Origin: an uncultured Chlamydiae bacterium | GTDB taxonomy: Bacteria > Chlamydiota > Chlamydiia > Chlamydiales > SM23-39 | Direction of reading: 5' to 3' | DNA length: 64,000 nt | NCBI GenBank assembly: GCA_963828125.1 | Contig: CAWHDP010000002.1 | Coordinates: 64,001 to 128,000, forward strand | Shown here: piece after piece, positions 33,041 to 42,144 of the stretch | Numbering within the stretch: position 1 is the first letter of the stretch | Layout: each line of letters starts with the position of its first letter | Translations under genes and position numbers: made by a program | Notes under the pieces: generated by a model | Seen by the model: only the letters and a program-made list of their open reading frames with translations | The model's database searches: none | What the model was told of the DNA's origin: nothing

Positions 33041-33883
33041 TTAAGCCTTCGCAAAAGAGGCGTGGGAAATCTGCCGTTTTTCCCCCTGTTGATCGATAAG
33101 CCAAAGCGTCCTCATTCTGCCAGAAGCTAACCGAATGCAGTACCCGCCACTCGTAGCAGAAACATTCGAAGTAAAAAAGCGCCAGAGATCGACCGCAAAT
33201 TGCTCAACGCTATAGCCTTTAAACTTCGCCTTGTCCATATTTTGCAAAAACGCTTTACTCTGCAACGACCAAACATAGTCGGTGTACAACTGGAGAATAG
33301 GAACTACATCCCCCATCCCTTGCTTCTCTTTTTTCAGGATCTCCTGATAGCACGCAAATAAAGAATCAATGAATAGCTCCGGTTGAAAAACAGAGTCATA
33401 CAGCTTCCTCTTGAGGTTTAGAGCAGCCGATACAATCCTTTTTGGATCGAACGATTTGATCGTGAGCTCTCCCAACACCGTCCGTCTCGTAGCAAAGTTT
33501 ACCTCACCATCGATCCCTCGCAGCACAAAAAATTTGGGGAACTCGATCCGCATAGGGAGCCCCGCCCTCTCTGCGGCCTCCATCAAACCGTTGTTAAATT
33601 CCAACTTATACCGCTCAATTTGTTCGTCTGCATACCCTTGCAACTGAGAGAAAATCGGCTCGCAGCCCCCAAGACTTGCGTCCTCTAAGACCTCTCCAAC
33701 CTGCTTGGCTTTGAGCAGCTCATCCAATTGGAAAAAGTCATTCTTTTCCATGCACTGGATGCATTTTTTGATGAAATCGGACTTTTTCTGCTGCCGATTT
33801 AGCTCTTGCTGAAATGGCTTTACAATCTCTCCGAGACGATGCTTGGCCTCTTCCACATTTGTTAACGGCTCTAACAAGGTCAT
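33041..33883 (-). CDS. Hypothetical protein (280 aa), first gene of the island operon
   Basis: Intact ORF ending 1 nt before the ATPase 1 start. No recognisable motif. Confidence 0.8.
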   Translation of the reverse strand: MTLLEPLTNVEEAKHRLGEIVKPFQQELNRQQKKSDFIKKCIQCMEKNDFFQLDELLKAKQVGEVLEDASLGGCEPIFSQLQGYADEQIERYKLEFNNGLMEAAERAGLPMRIEFPKFFVLRGIDGEVNFATRRTVLGELTIKSFDPKRIVSAALNLKRKLYDSVFQPELFIDSLFACYQEILKKEKQGMGDVVPILQLYTDYVWSLQSKAFLQNMDKAKFKGYSVEQFAVDLWRFFTSNVSATSGGYCIRLASGRMRTLWLIDQQGEKRQISHASFAKA

Positions 33884-33961
33884 AAGCGCGCACCCTTTTG
33901 TTAAGCGAGGAAGTGTAGCAAATCACAAAAATTGCCTTCAAGAGAAATATTTGGAGAGCCA

Positions 33962-34861
33962 TTACTGCTGTAGCGGGAATGGGAAACTTTGCGTCTCATC
34001 GTCCAATATATAGCCGGGGAGGGCGAAGGCTGCCCTATGAACGGCTGGCGTGTAATAGCGCATGGTTCCTTGGATCTTGGCAAGGCGTTGGCGAAGGGTC
34101 TTTTCCGAGGGTCTGTATTTCTTGTCGTTGGCCCAGCCGAAGGCCATGAGGCCGCCCGCATAGCTCGGAACTGGCGCAACGAAAAATGTGGTATGTCGGA
34201 AATGGGGTTTTCTGTTTTCGACTGTCAACTTCAGCTCGCTTTTTTGCATGAAGGGAACCCCATTTTGATTGACGAAAATCCCGCCTGGCTTCAGGATTTT
34301 TTTGCAATCGCCGTAAAATTCAGAGGTGAATAGTCCTTTGGCAGGCCCCTCTGGATCATTGGAATCGCAGAGGATCACGTCAAATTTTTGATCGGTTCCC
34401 TTCACATATTTTGCAGCGTCTTGGATGACAATCGTGGCTTTTGGATGTTCAAAGGCCCCCTTGGAGATACTGGGAAGGTATTTCTTGGAGAGCTCGATCA
34501 TCGACCGGTCGATCTCTACGAGAATCACCTTGTCCAGCGCCTCATGCCGGAGTACCTCTCTCAAGAGCCCTCCATCACCGCCGCCGATGATCAGAACGGA
34601 TTTCGGATCGGGGTGCGTGAGAAGAGGGACGTGAGCCATCATCTCGTGGTAAATCCATTCGTCTTTTTCAGTGAGCTGGATGACTCCGTCAAGGGCAAGC
34701 ACGCGGCCAAACCGGCTGTTTTCAAAAATCGTTAGATCCCAAAATTCAGTTTTTTCCTCGTAGATCATCTCATCGATGGAAAAAGTCTGCTTCCATTCCG
34801 GATAGAGCCGCTCTTGATAACTCGAAATCAGTGCCGCAGCGAAAAGTAGGGTGGCGAGCAT
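33962..34861 (-). CDS. speE: Spermidine synthase (polyamine aminopropyltransferase)
   Basis: LALDGVIQ, YHEMMAH, IIGGGDGG, VEID, DSNDP. Confidence 0.95.
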   Translation of the reverse strand: MLATLLFAAALISSYQERLYPEWKQTFSIDEMIYEEKTEFWDLTIFENSRFGRVLALDGVIQLTEKDEWIYHEMMAHVPLLTHPDPKSVLIIGGGDGGLLREVLRHEALDKVILVEIDRSMIELSKKYLPSISKGAFEHPKATIVIQDAAKYVKGTDQKFDVILCDSNDPEGPAKGLFTSEFYGDCKKILKPGGIFVNQNGVPFMQKSELKLTVENRKPHFRHTTFFVAPVPSYAGGLMAFGWANDKKYRPSEKTLRQRLAKIQGTMRYYTPAVHRAAFALPGYILDDETQSFPFPLQQ

Positions 34862-34903
34862 GAAAACCTCCAAAAAAGAAGAGAGTATAGATAAATAAAA
34901 TTT

Positions 34904-35824
34904 TTATAGCCAGCGGTTTTTGCGGAAAAGGGCGACAGCCACGATGGATGCGGCGAGGGTGATCGCCATGAGGAGGATGAATGCGTAAGGTTTCCCCTGG
35001 AAGGGGAGGCTCACGTTCATCCCGTAGACCGATGCGATCACTGTCGGAATGGTGAAAATAATGGTCACGGCGGTCAAAAGCTTAATGGTTCGGTTGACGT
35101 CGTTGGTAAAAATAATATGGTAGGAATCGCGGAGCGACCGGATGCTTTTGATGTTGACGCTGCAAACATCTTCTGATTGGCGCATTGCGATCATCAAGTC
35201 CTCGAGAAGATCGAGGTCGGCCTCATAGAAGTTCATGTATCTGCCAGAGGCCATGCTCTCGAGGAGATTGCGCATTGGGACGATTGAGGTGAGGTATTGG
35301 TTGAGGATCTCTTCATTTTTGGTTAGGACGATGATCGAGTTGCTATCGACGATTTTTGGCGGCTCCTCGGCTCCCAATATGCTCGCCCGAACCCGTTTGA
35401 TGCTATTCGTATAATCTTGAGTGATTTTCAAAAGGATGTGGAGGATGAGTTTTGGCCTCTGGTTTGTCCCGAGCGCTGTGTGGCTCGCGATGAGATTTTC
35501 AATGATCTCGCAGCGGTGAGGGGAGATGGCGATCACATACTGATTCGTCAAGATCATTGTCAAGGTCTCGGTATAAAGGCCGATTTCATGATTGCCGGGA
35601 TGGCGGACGAAAAATAGGATATTGTCGTCGATGTGCTCGATCCGGGGCAACTCGAATTTGTCCAAACTATCCCGGATATCGGTGATATCGATCGCAGCCG
35701 CCTCGGCAATTTTGCTCAAATCTTCGAGATTGGCCTCTTTGGCGTAAATCCAGCTCCCTGAGCGAAAATCGGGGACGAGCTTGAACTCGCTCTCCCCCTC
35801 GGTTTTGTTGTAGGTCTCAATCAT
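34904..35824 (-). CDS. corA: CorA-family Mg2+ transporter
   Basis: YGMN signature between two C-terminal TM helices. Confidence 0.9.
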   Translation of the reverse strand: MIETYNKTEGESEFKLVPDFRSGSWIYAKEANLEDLSKIAEAAAIDITDIRDSLDKFELPRIEHIDDNILFFVRHPGNHEIGLYTETLTMILTNQYVIAISPHRCEIIENLIASHTALGTNQRPKLILHILLKITQDYTNSIKRVRASILGAEEPPKIVDSNSIIVLTKNEEILNQYLTSIVPMRNLLESMASGRYMNFYEADLDLLEDLMIAMRQSEDVCSVNIKSIRSLRDSYHIIFTNDVNRTIKLLTAVTIIFTIPTVIASVYGMNVSLPFQGKPYAFILLMAITLAASIVAVALFRKNRWL

Positions 35825-35868
35825 GAGCCTATCCTTTTATTAGCGCGGATCGGGATCTAATGCAACCT

Positions 35869-35948
35869 TATACTGCGGCCACCCCAAAAGTGTAATTTGG
35901 GCAGATTTGACGCTGCCCAAATTACACTTTTGGGGTGGCCGCAGTATA
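35869..35948. repeat. Family-1 MITE-like palindrome (80 bp)
   Basis: Perfect 36-bp inverted arms tatactgcggccaccccaaaagtgtaatttgggcag around an 8-nt loop. Confidence 0.95.
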
Positions 35949-36025
35949 TATTCGTTTTATAGGAAGGAGGATTTTTTTTGCAATTTGTCTACTATTTCAG
36001 TTACACTGGACATTGGCCATTTACA

Positions 36026-36898
36026 ATGTCGGATATGGATACAACCCATCGCAGTCATAAAGTCGGCATTGTTTATATTCTTATCGCATGGCTTTTATTT
36101 ACTTTTATGACTATCATTGCCCGTTTTACAAGTAAAACGATACCGCTTGCTTCCATCCTCTTTATACAGAATCTGATTGGCCTCATCACTTTGATTCCTT
36201 GGATTCAGAAACATGGATGGGGGTTAATGCGCACCCGTCGATTTGGACTCCTCCTCTTTCGATCCATGGCCAGCATCAGTGCGATTGCGCTCAGTTTTTT
36301 AGCTGTGCAACGGACGTCGCTGGTCGATACGATGCTTTTAAATAATTCATCGCCTCTTTGGATCCCATTTGTCGTTCTGATCTGGCTTAAAAAACCGATC
36401 AACCACTTCTTATGGCCCGGTTTGATCGCCGGTTTTATCGGTATTGTGCTGATCCTCAATCCGGGGAAAGAGTTTTTTCAAGCGGGGGCTTTCCTTGCGC
36501 TTGCCGCAGGGATCTTGCAAAGCGTCAATATGGTCTCCATCAGGGTTCTCTCCTATACAGAGCGCAATCACACTGTGATATTCTATTATTTCTTGACCGG
36601 CACAATGATTTGTCTCCCTTTTTCGATCTATGAATGGGTGCAGCCTGGATTTGTTGAATGGGGTGGACTCATCACGATCGGTCTTTGCCTTGCATTGGGG
36701 CAGTGGACATTTGTTCGCGCTTTCCATCACGCAAAGGCCTCCGAGTTAGGACCCTTTTGTTATGCGGCAGTTGTCTACGCAGTCCTCATTGATTGGGCGC
36801 TTTATAAACAAATGCCGGCCCTATTGGTTTGGATCGGCGTCGCTCTTGTTTGCGCAGGGGGGATTTGGGCGATCCGATTCAGCAGCCCTTCTAAATAA
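36026..36898 (+). CDS. EamA/DMT-family transporter
   Basis: About 10 TM helices in two EamA repeats. Confidence 0.9.
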   Translation: MSDMDTTHRSHKVGIVYILIAWLLFTFMTIIARFTSKTIPLASILFIQNLIGLITLIPWIQKHGWGLMRTRRFGLLLFRSMASISAIALSFLAVQRTSLVDTMLLNNSSPLWIPFVVLIWLKKPINHFLWPGLIAGFIGIVLILNPGKEFFQAGAFLALAAGILQSVNMVSIRVLSYTERNHTVIFYYFLTGTMICLPFSIYEWVQPGFVEWGGLITIGLCLALGQWTFVRAFHHAKASELGPFCYAAVVYAVLIDWALYKQMPALLVWIGVALVCAGGIWAIRFSSPSK

Positions 36899-37004
36899 AT
36901 GTTTTGACTGGACATTGTTCAGTGTATTGCACGGGAAGCAGTGTAACAAAGATCTCAGGCGGGAGGTACTGAAAAAAGTTCTAGAGGAGATTTCTTCACA
37001 GCAA

Positions 37005-37030
37005 TGTGAATTTGGGGTGGCCGCAGTATA
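37005..37030. repeat. Family-1 MITE-like right end
   Basis: tgtgaatttggggtggccgcagtata. Confidence 0.85.
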
Positions 37031-37099
37031 GATAAATTTTTTTCTTTCAATAAATAATGCATGGGTGTAGAATCCTCACCAGATTTTAGAGGGGTCTAT

Positions 37100-37456
37100 A
37101 TGTCATTTGCAATACGCATCAAAGAAAACAATGAACCAGACACCCCGTGGCGATTTTTTCGGGAATTTAACAAGAGGAAAGAATACGAAGAGAGTCTAGA
37201 GCTCTGTGTAAATCGGAAACGTTGGGGTCAGACTTATGCTAATAAAACGGATCCCTACAAGTTCCAGCATCACTGGCTGCACAGATATTTGGTTGAGCAG
37301 CAGGCTGGCCCTTGCATCCTACAAGGCGCTCACGTCGTTTTGCGGGCAGAGACATCCACGATGTGTCAGCAAGAGACATTTGAGTTCGTAACGCTCCCAT
37401 TCGGTGAAAGCCGTCACTGCAATGATGTACAAGGTATAACCCAATCGGCTGTATGA
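37100..37456 (+). CDS. Hypothetical protein (118 aa)
   Basis: GAGGGG RBS before ATG 37100. Stop overlaps the next ATG. Confidence 0.55.
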   Translation: MSFAIRIKENNEPDTPWRFFREFNKRKEYEESLELCVNRKRWGQTYANKTDPYKFQHHWLHRYLVEQQAGPCILQGAHVVLRAETSTMCQQETFEFVTLPFGESRHCNDVQGITQSAV

Positions 37457-38598
37457 TCTGCATTGGTAAAAAAATTCTATTATTCCTGTTTTTCAGCGCC
37501 ATGCTCTGGGCCGAAAAACCGACTCCGACTCTCAAAGAGCTTCCCACCCCTTTTTGCTTTTTCGAAGATCTCTACTATGTCCCGAAGACGTCGACGTTCG
37601 TCGTGCTAAACAACCCTGATCTGACTAAAAGGGCGATCGATATGCGAGAAACGAGGGGCTATGCGTTCAAAAATACCCACAGGCCTCTCAAACATGCGCA
37701 AAAAGTGGCTGGGACGACCCTTTTCCTTTTTGAGGGGCTCGGATCGACTTGCTGCACCTACCATTTTTTTCACATTCTGGAACACATTGTGGGAGATTGG
37801 GCCTATTATGGCGATCGATATTCCGAAGATGTGAAGCTCATCGTCATCGCGTCGGCCGGAGAAACAGCGCGGATGGCTTGGGAGGGGCCGAACCGGATCA
37901 ATAAACACGTACTGAGAGCCCTATTCCCCAATGCAGAAGTGCAGACCTGGGTGGAGTTTCGAGAGACCTTTCAAAAAGTCCCCTACTGTTTCGAACGGGT
38001 TCTCACCTCCGATCGGAGGATTTCGTATCGGGATCCTGAGTGCCAAAGACTCAACCGGATGCTAGGTTTTGCCCGCCACTCCCTGCCACAAGAGGCTCTC
38101 CAAAAGCTTGCCGATCGGGTCAATGCCTATGCAGGAACCAAAATCAACGATGAGGAAAGGCTACGGGTCACCTTTTTAAAGCGTTCCCCTCCCCGCACTC
38201 TCGATCCGACCCTCGAGGAGAAGCTCCTCTCCTCTATCCGGATGATGGGCAACGCCTCTTTACGAGTGGAGGACTTTGCGACGCTCCCTTTCAAAAAGCA
38301 GGTGAACATCATTGGAAATACCGATGTGTTGATCAGCGTCCACGGCAACGGGCTGAGCCACTCGCTCTTTTTGCCGCCGGGGGCCAAAGTCATAGAGATT
38401 TTTCCGCCGGACACCCATACGGTCGACTACCGGATCTTCGCCGAGGCGAGAGGCCTCGACTACACCTGCATCATGTCCAATCGAGGAATCATCTCTCAAG
38501 AGGAGTCTTATCAGACGGGCGCTTACGGAAATTTCTCCCAAACAATCTATGATCTAGATATTCCTCTTGTTTTAAGGGAAATCGGAGGGAATCGCTGA
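37453..38598 (+). CDS. Glycosyltransferase family 61 (DUF563) with signal peptide
   Basis: HFFH, QV...DVLISVHGNGLSHSLFLPPGAKVIEIFP. Confidence 0.85.
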   Translation: MICIGKKILLFLFFSAMLWAEKPTPTLKELPTPFCFFEDLYYVPKTSTFVVLNNPDLTKRAIDMRETRGYAFKNTHRPLKHAQKVAGTTLFLFEGLGSTCCTYHFFHILEHIVGDWAYYGDRYSEDVKLIVIASAGETARMAWEGPNRINKHVLRALFPNAEVQTWVEFRETFQKVPYCFERVLTSDRRISYRDPECQRLNRMLGFARHSLPQEALQKLADRVNAYAGTKINDEERLRVTFLKRSPPRTLDPTLEEKLLSSIRMMGNASLRVEDFATLPFKKQVNIIGNTDVLISVHGNGLSHSLFLPPGAKVIEIFPPDTHTVDYRIFAEARGLDYTCIMSNRGIISQEESYQTGAYGNFSQTIYDLDIPLVLREIGGNR

Positions 38599-38740
38599 AA
38601 GAAGAATTTCGGAAACGATCGTTTGAGCCTCTTTGAGAATCTGGTTTAAATGCTCTTTTCCGAGAAAGCTTTCTCCGTCATGGCTCCAATACGCTTTCCC
38701 TTCTTCCAAACTGCCAACCATTTGTGATATCCTCCCCTTT

Positions 38741-39439
38741 ATGAAACCGAAAGTGACTTTTGCGACCTCGTGCTGGGAGCGGGATTGGCGGCGCCTTCTC
38801 CTCGATCGCGATTATTTGGCTCTCCTCCAGATCGGCAACCACTGTTTCCCTTTCGCCGAGCGGCTTCTCATCCTCAATAATGTAAACGATCTCGATCTGC
38901 TCAAAAGAAAAGCTCAGGAGAAGGTCGATTCAAGGGTTTTAAGCCGCTATGTGGTTGCGACAGATACTTTGTCCGATTTTGGACTGCAGCGGAGCGATTT
39001 CAATGACTGGCAATATTACAATATGCTCGGACCCTTGGCGGCGATCCGCGAGGCGAAAGGGGACTATCTTCTTTATATGACAGGCGACGTCTATTTGAAG
39101 CGCCCTGTCAACTGGATCGGCAAGGCGATCCGCTGCATGGAGAAAAACCCCCGATTTAAAGTGGCTAATCTCACATGGAATGACAATTACCGCGAAGCTC
39201 AGGAAGAGTCTTACCGACGTACATGGAATTTTTTCGTGGCAGATAAAGGCTTTTCCGATCAGATGTTTTTAGTCCGGACGGCCGATTTCCGGGGGCCTAT
39301 TTATGACGAGATCCGCGCTGATGGCGCCCACTATCCTCGCGGAGATGTTTGGGAAAAGCGGGTCTTTAGCTATATGAAAAATCACGGGTGGGAAAGAATC
39401 ATATATAAACGCGGATCTTACACGCACGAACATATCTGA
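38741..39439 (+). CDS. Hypothetical protein, possibly GT-A-like glycosyltransferase
   Basis: AIREAKGDYLLYMTGD resembles the GT-A pre-DxD strand. Neighbour of the GT61 gene. Confidence 0.5.
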   Translation: MKPKVTFATSCWERDWRRLLLDRDYLALLQIGNHCFPFAERLLILNNVNDLDLLKRKAQEKVDSRVLSRYVVATDTLSDFGLQRSDFNDWQYYNMLGPLAAIREAKGDYLLYMTGDVYLKRPVNWIGKAIRCMEKNPRFKVANLTWNDNYREAQEESYRRTWNFFVADKGFSDQMFLVRTADFRGPIYDEIRADGAHYPRGDVWEKRVFSYMKNHGWERIIYKRGSYTHEHI

Positions 39440-39517
39440 GAGCCTATCCGCAACCGAAGACCGATGTGAGAGCGAGAAGACTGTATAGAGTTCTGTTTTT
39501 CATTCCGGCGATTAAAG

Positions 39518-39586
39518 GCGCGCAGAGCTGATATACTGCGGCCACCCCAAATTCATGCCGCAGTATAAATGGCCAATGTCCAATTT
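39518..39586. repeat. Family-1 element (39532-39567) nested in a family-2 arm
   Basis: gcgcagagctgaTA[tactgcggcc...gccgcagta]TAaatggccaatgtcca. The flanks rejoin into the family-2 arm cgcagcgccgataaatggccaat. Confidence 0.8.
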
Positions 39587-39645
39587 AAAAAAGAAAAAAA
39601 ATTTTATTTACAAACTTTGGTTTTTATTTTAGGATTCGGAGCTAT

Positions 39646-42144
39646 ATGGAACCATTCGATATCCTCGAAAGAGCCAAAATCAAGGGGTACGATCTTTTAG
39701 AGTATCTCGCCTTCAACCTCCGTTCTTGTTGGACGCACAGCACAGATGAGATCTGGCGCAAACTGGACGGAGAGTTATGGGAGTTGACGAGCAATCCTTG
39801 GGCCGTTTTGCAGGCAGTCTCGATCGATACGCTCAAACAGTATTTGGCTGATCCGGAATTTAGCAGCCGGGTCGAGTTTCTATATAAAAAAAGGAAAGCG
39901 GTTCTCAATATTCCGAGCTGGTTTGAGCAAAATCATGCGGGGGGGCCGCTGAAATGCGCCGCCTACTTCAGCATGGAATTCATGGTGAGCGAGGCGGTTC
40001 CGATCTATTCTGGCGGGCTCGGCAATGTAGCGGGCGATCAATTGAAGGCGGCGAGCGATTTGGCTGTCCCTGTCGTCGGAGTGGGGCTCCTCTATTCGCA
40101 AGGGTATTTTCGTCAATTCATCGATAAAGACGGCAATCAACAGGAGCTTTTTCCCTACAATGATCCAGACCAATTGCCTATCAAGCCGCTCCGTTTGCCG
40201 AACGGGGAGTGGCTCCGGCTAAAAATTGAGTTGCCTGGTTGGCCCCTTCGGATTAGGACGTGGGAGGCGAAAGTGGGGCGGAGAACCCTTTATTTATTGG
40301 ACAGCAACGATATCGCTAATTTCCCTGCCCACAGAGCGATCACGAGCGAGCTTTATGGGGGCGATCGGGAACTGCGTCTCAAACAAGAGCTCATCCTCGG
40401 CGTCGGCGGATGGCGCCTCCTTGAGGCCCTTGGATTGGAGCCCGAAGTGTGTCACATGAATGAGGGTCATGCCGCTTTTGTCGTTTTAGAGCGGGCTCGC
40501 AGCTTGATGAAAAAGGAGAACCTCTCCTTTGAAGAGGCTTTGGTTGTGACTCGGGCGGGCAATCTCTTCACGACCCATACAGCGGTCTCTGCGGGGTTCG
40601 ATGTTTTTCCCCCCGGACTCATTGAGAAATATTTGCGTCCATATACAGAGAAGGAATTAAAAATCTCGTTCGAGCGGCTCCTTTCTCTCGGCCAATTGGA
40701 ACCCTACGGCGATTTTAATATGGCCTATCTAGCGATTCGGGGGAGCGGCTTTGTGAACGGGGTGAGCCGATTGCACGGCGTGGTCAGCAGGCGCCTATTT
40801 AGAGGGCTATTTCCCCGCTTTCCCGAAGAAGAGGTGCCTGTCGGATTTATCACGAACGGAGTCCACGTGCCAACTTGGGCCTCCTTCAGCGCCGAGGCTC
40901 TTTGGACGGAGGCCTGCGGCAACGAGCCGTGGTTTGGGAAAACCGAGGAAATGCATACCAAAATACGTTCTCTTCCCGATCGCCAAATTTGGGAGATGCG
41001 AAACCGGTCGAGAGCGGGTCTGATCGAGTATGCCCGCTCCAGGCTTGTGAGATATTTTGCAGCGAGAGGGGTCGATCCGAATTGGGTCGAAATAGTCAAA
41101 TCCATTTTAAATCCGAATGTCCTTACGCTCGGGTTTGCCCGAAGATTTGCGACCTATAAAAGACCCGATCTGCTTTTGGCAGACGAAGAGCGGCTCTTGA
41201 GGATCTTGAACCATAAGGAGCGGCCTGTACAGCTGATTATCGCCGGCAAAGCCCATCCAGCCGATTCCGGAGGGCACGCCCTGATCCACAAATGGATGCA
41301 GTTTATTTCAAGACCAGAGGCTCGCTCTTCGGTCGTTTTCCTCAGCGATTATGATATGATTTTAACGGCGCATATGGTGCGCGGAGTCGATTTGTGGATC
41401 AATACCCCTCGGCGGCCCTGGGAGGCGAGCGGAACGAGCGGAATGAAAGTGTTGGTCAACGGAGGGCTGAATCTCTCGGAGCTCGACGGCTGGTGGGCTG
41501 AGGCTTATACTCCTGAGGTGGGCTGGGCGATTGGAGATAGGGAGGAGCATGGCGAAGATCCGGGTTGGGATTGGGCTGAGGCAAATGCTTTATATGAGCT
41601 TTTGGAAAAAGAGATCATCCCCGAATTTTATACGAGAGATGAGAGGGGGATCCCCGTAAACTGGACGGTTAAAATCCGCGAGAGCATGGCCCGGCTCACG
41701 CCTTATTTTTCTTCGAACCGCGCTGTGCGCGAATATACAGAAAAATTCTATCTGCCTGCTGCGGAAAATTATGTAAAGCGGGCCAAAAATAACGGGCACA
41801 TGGGTAAAGAGATCCTCAAGTGGCGCCAGAATATCGAAAAGAATTGGGGGCGGCTCCGCTTCGGCTCGGTGAAGGTGGAGGAAAAAAACGGTCAGCGCCA
41901 ATTTGAAGTGGAGGTATATCTTGCCGATCTCGATCCAAAAGCGCTCAAAGTGGATCTCTATTCGGCAGCCTTGACCCAAGAGATGCAATACGAGGGGCGG
42001 ATTTCCGGGAGCCAGGATGGGCACTGGTATCGAGTAGAGGTCCCGCTTGCGGCGCCCCCTTCGGATTTTACGGCCAGGATCGTCCCTCATTTTCCTGGAG
42101 TGGCCGTTCCTCTCGAATCGACTTATATTTTGTGGCAGCGATGA
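39646..42144 (+). CDS. glgP: Alpha-glucan (glycogen) phosphorylase
   Basis: YSGGLG, HMNEGH, FARRFATYKR, EASGTSGMK (PLP lysine). Confidence 0.97.
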   Translation: MEPFDILERAKIKGYDLLEYLAFNLRSCWTHSTDEIWRKLDGELWELTSNPWAVLQAVSIDTLKQYLADPEFSSRVEFLYKKRKAVLNIPSWFEQNHAGGPLKCAAYFSMEFMVSEAVPIYSGGLGNVAGDQLKAASDLAVPVVGVGLLYSQGYFRQFIDKDGNQQELFPYNDPDQLPIKPLRLPNGEWLRLKIELPGWPLRIRTWEAKVGRRTLYLLDSNDIANFPAHRAITSELYGGDRELRLKQELILGVGGWRLLEALGLEPEVCHMNEGHAAFVVLERARSLMKKENLSFEEALVVTRAGNLFTTHTAVSAGFDVFPPGLIEKYLRPYTEKELKISFERLLSLGQLEPYGDFNMAYLAIRGSGFVNGVSRLHGVVSRRLFRGLFPRFPEEEVPVGFITNGVHVPTWASFSAEALWTEACGNEPWFGKTEEMHTKIRSLPDRQIWEMRNRSRAGLIEYARSRLVRYFAARGVDPNWVEIVKSILNPNVLTLGFARRFATYKRPDLLLADEERLLRILNHKERPVQLIIAGKAHPADSGGHALIHKWMQFISRPEARSSVVFLSDYDMILTAHMVRGVDLWINTPRRPWEASGTSGMKVLVNGGLNLSELDGWWAEAYTPEVGWAIGDREEHGEDPGWDWAEANALYELLEKEIIPEFYTRDERGIPVNWTVKIRESMARLTPYFSSNRAVREYTEKFYLPAAENYVKRAKNNGHMGKEILKWRQNIEKNWGRLRFGSVKVEEKNGQRQFEVEVYLADLDPKALKVDLYSAALTQEMQYEGRISGSQDGHWYRVEVPLAAPPSDFTARIVPHFPGVAVPLESTYILWQR

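Noticed and set aside
25755..33883. Calling the island BREX or Shango
   Set aside because: No PglZ, PglX or BrxC, and no recognisable TerB-domain gene. Only the ATPase/Lhr module is shared.
39437..39460. gagcctatcc shared with 35825-35834 as a third IS end
   Set aside because: Only 10 bp with no partner IR or transposase. Too weak to support.
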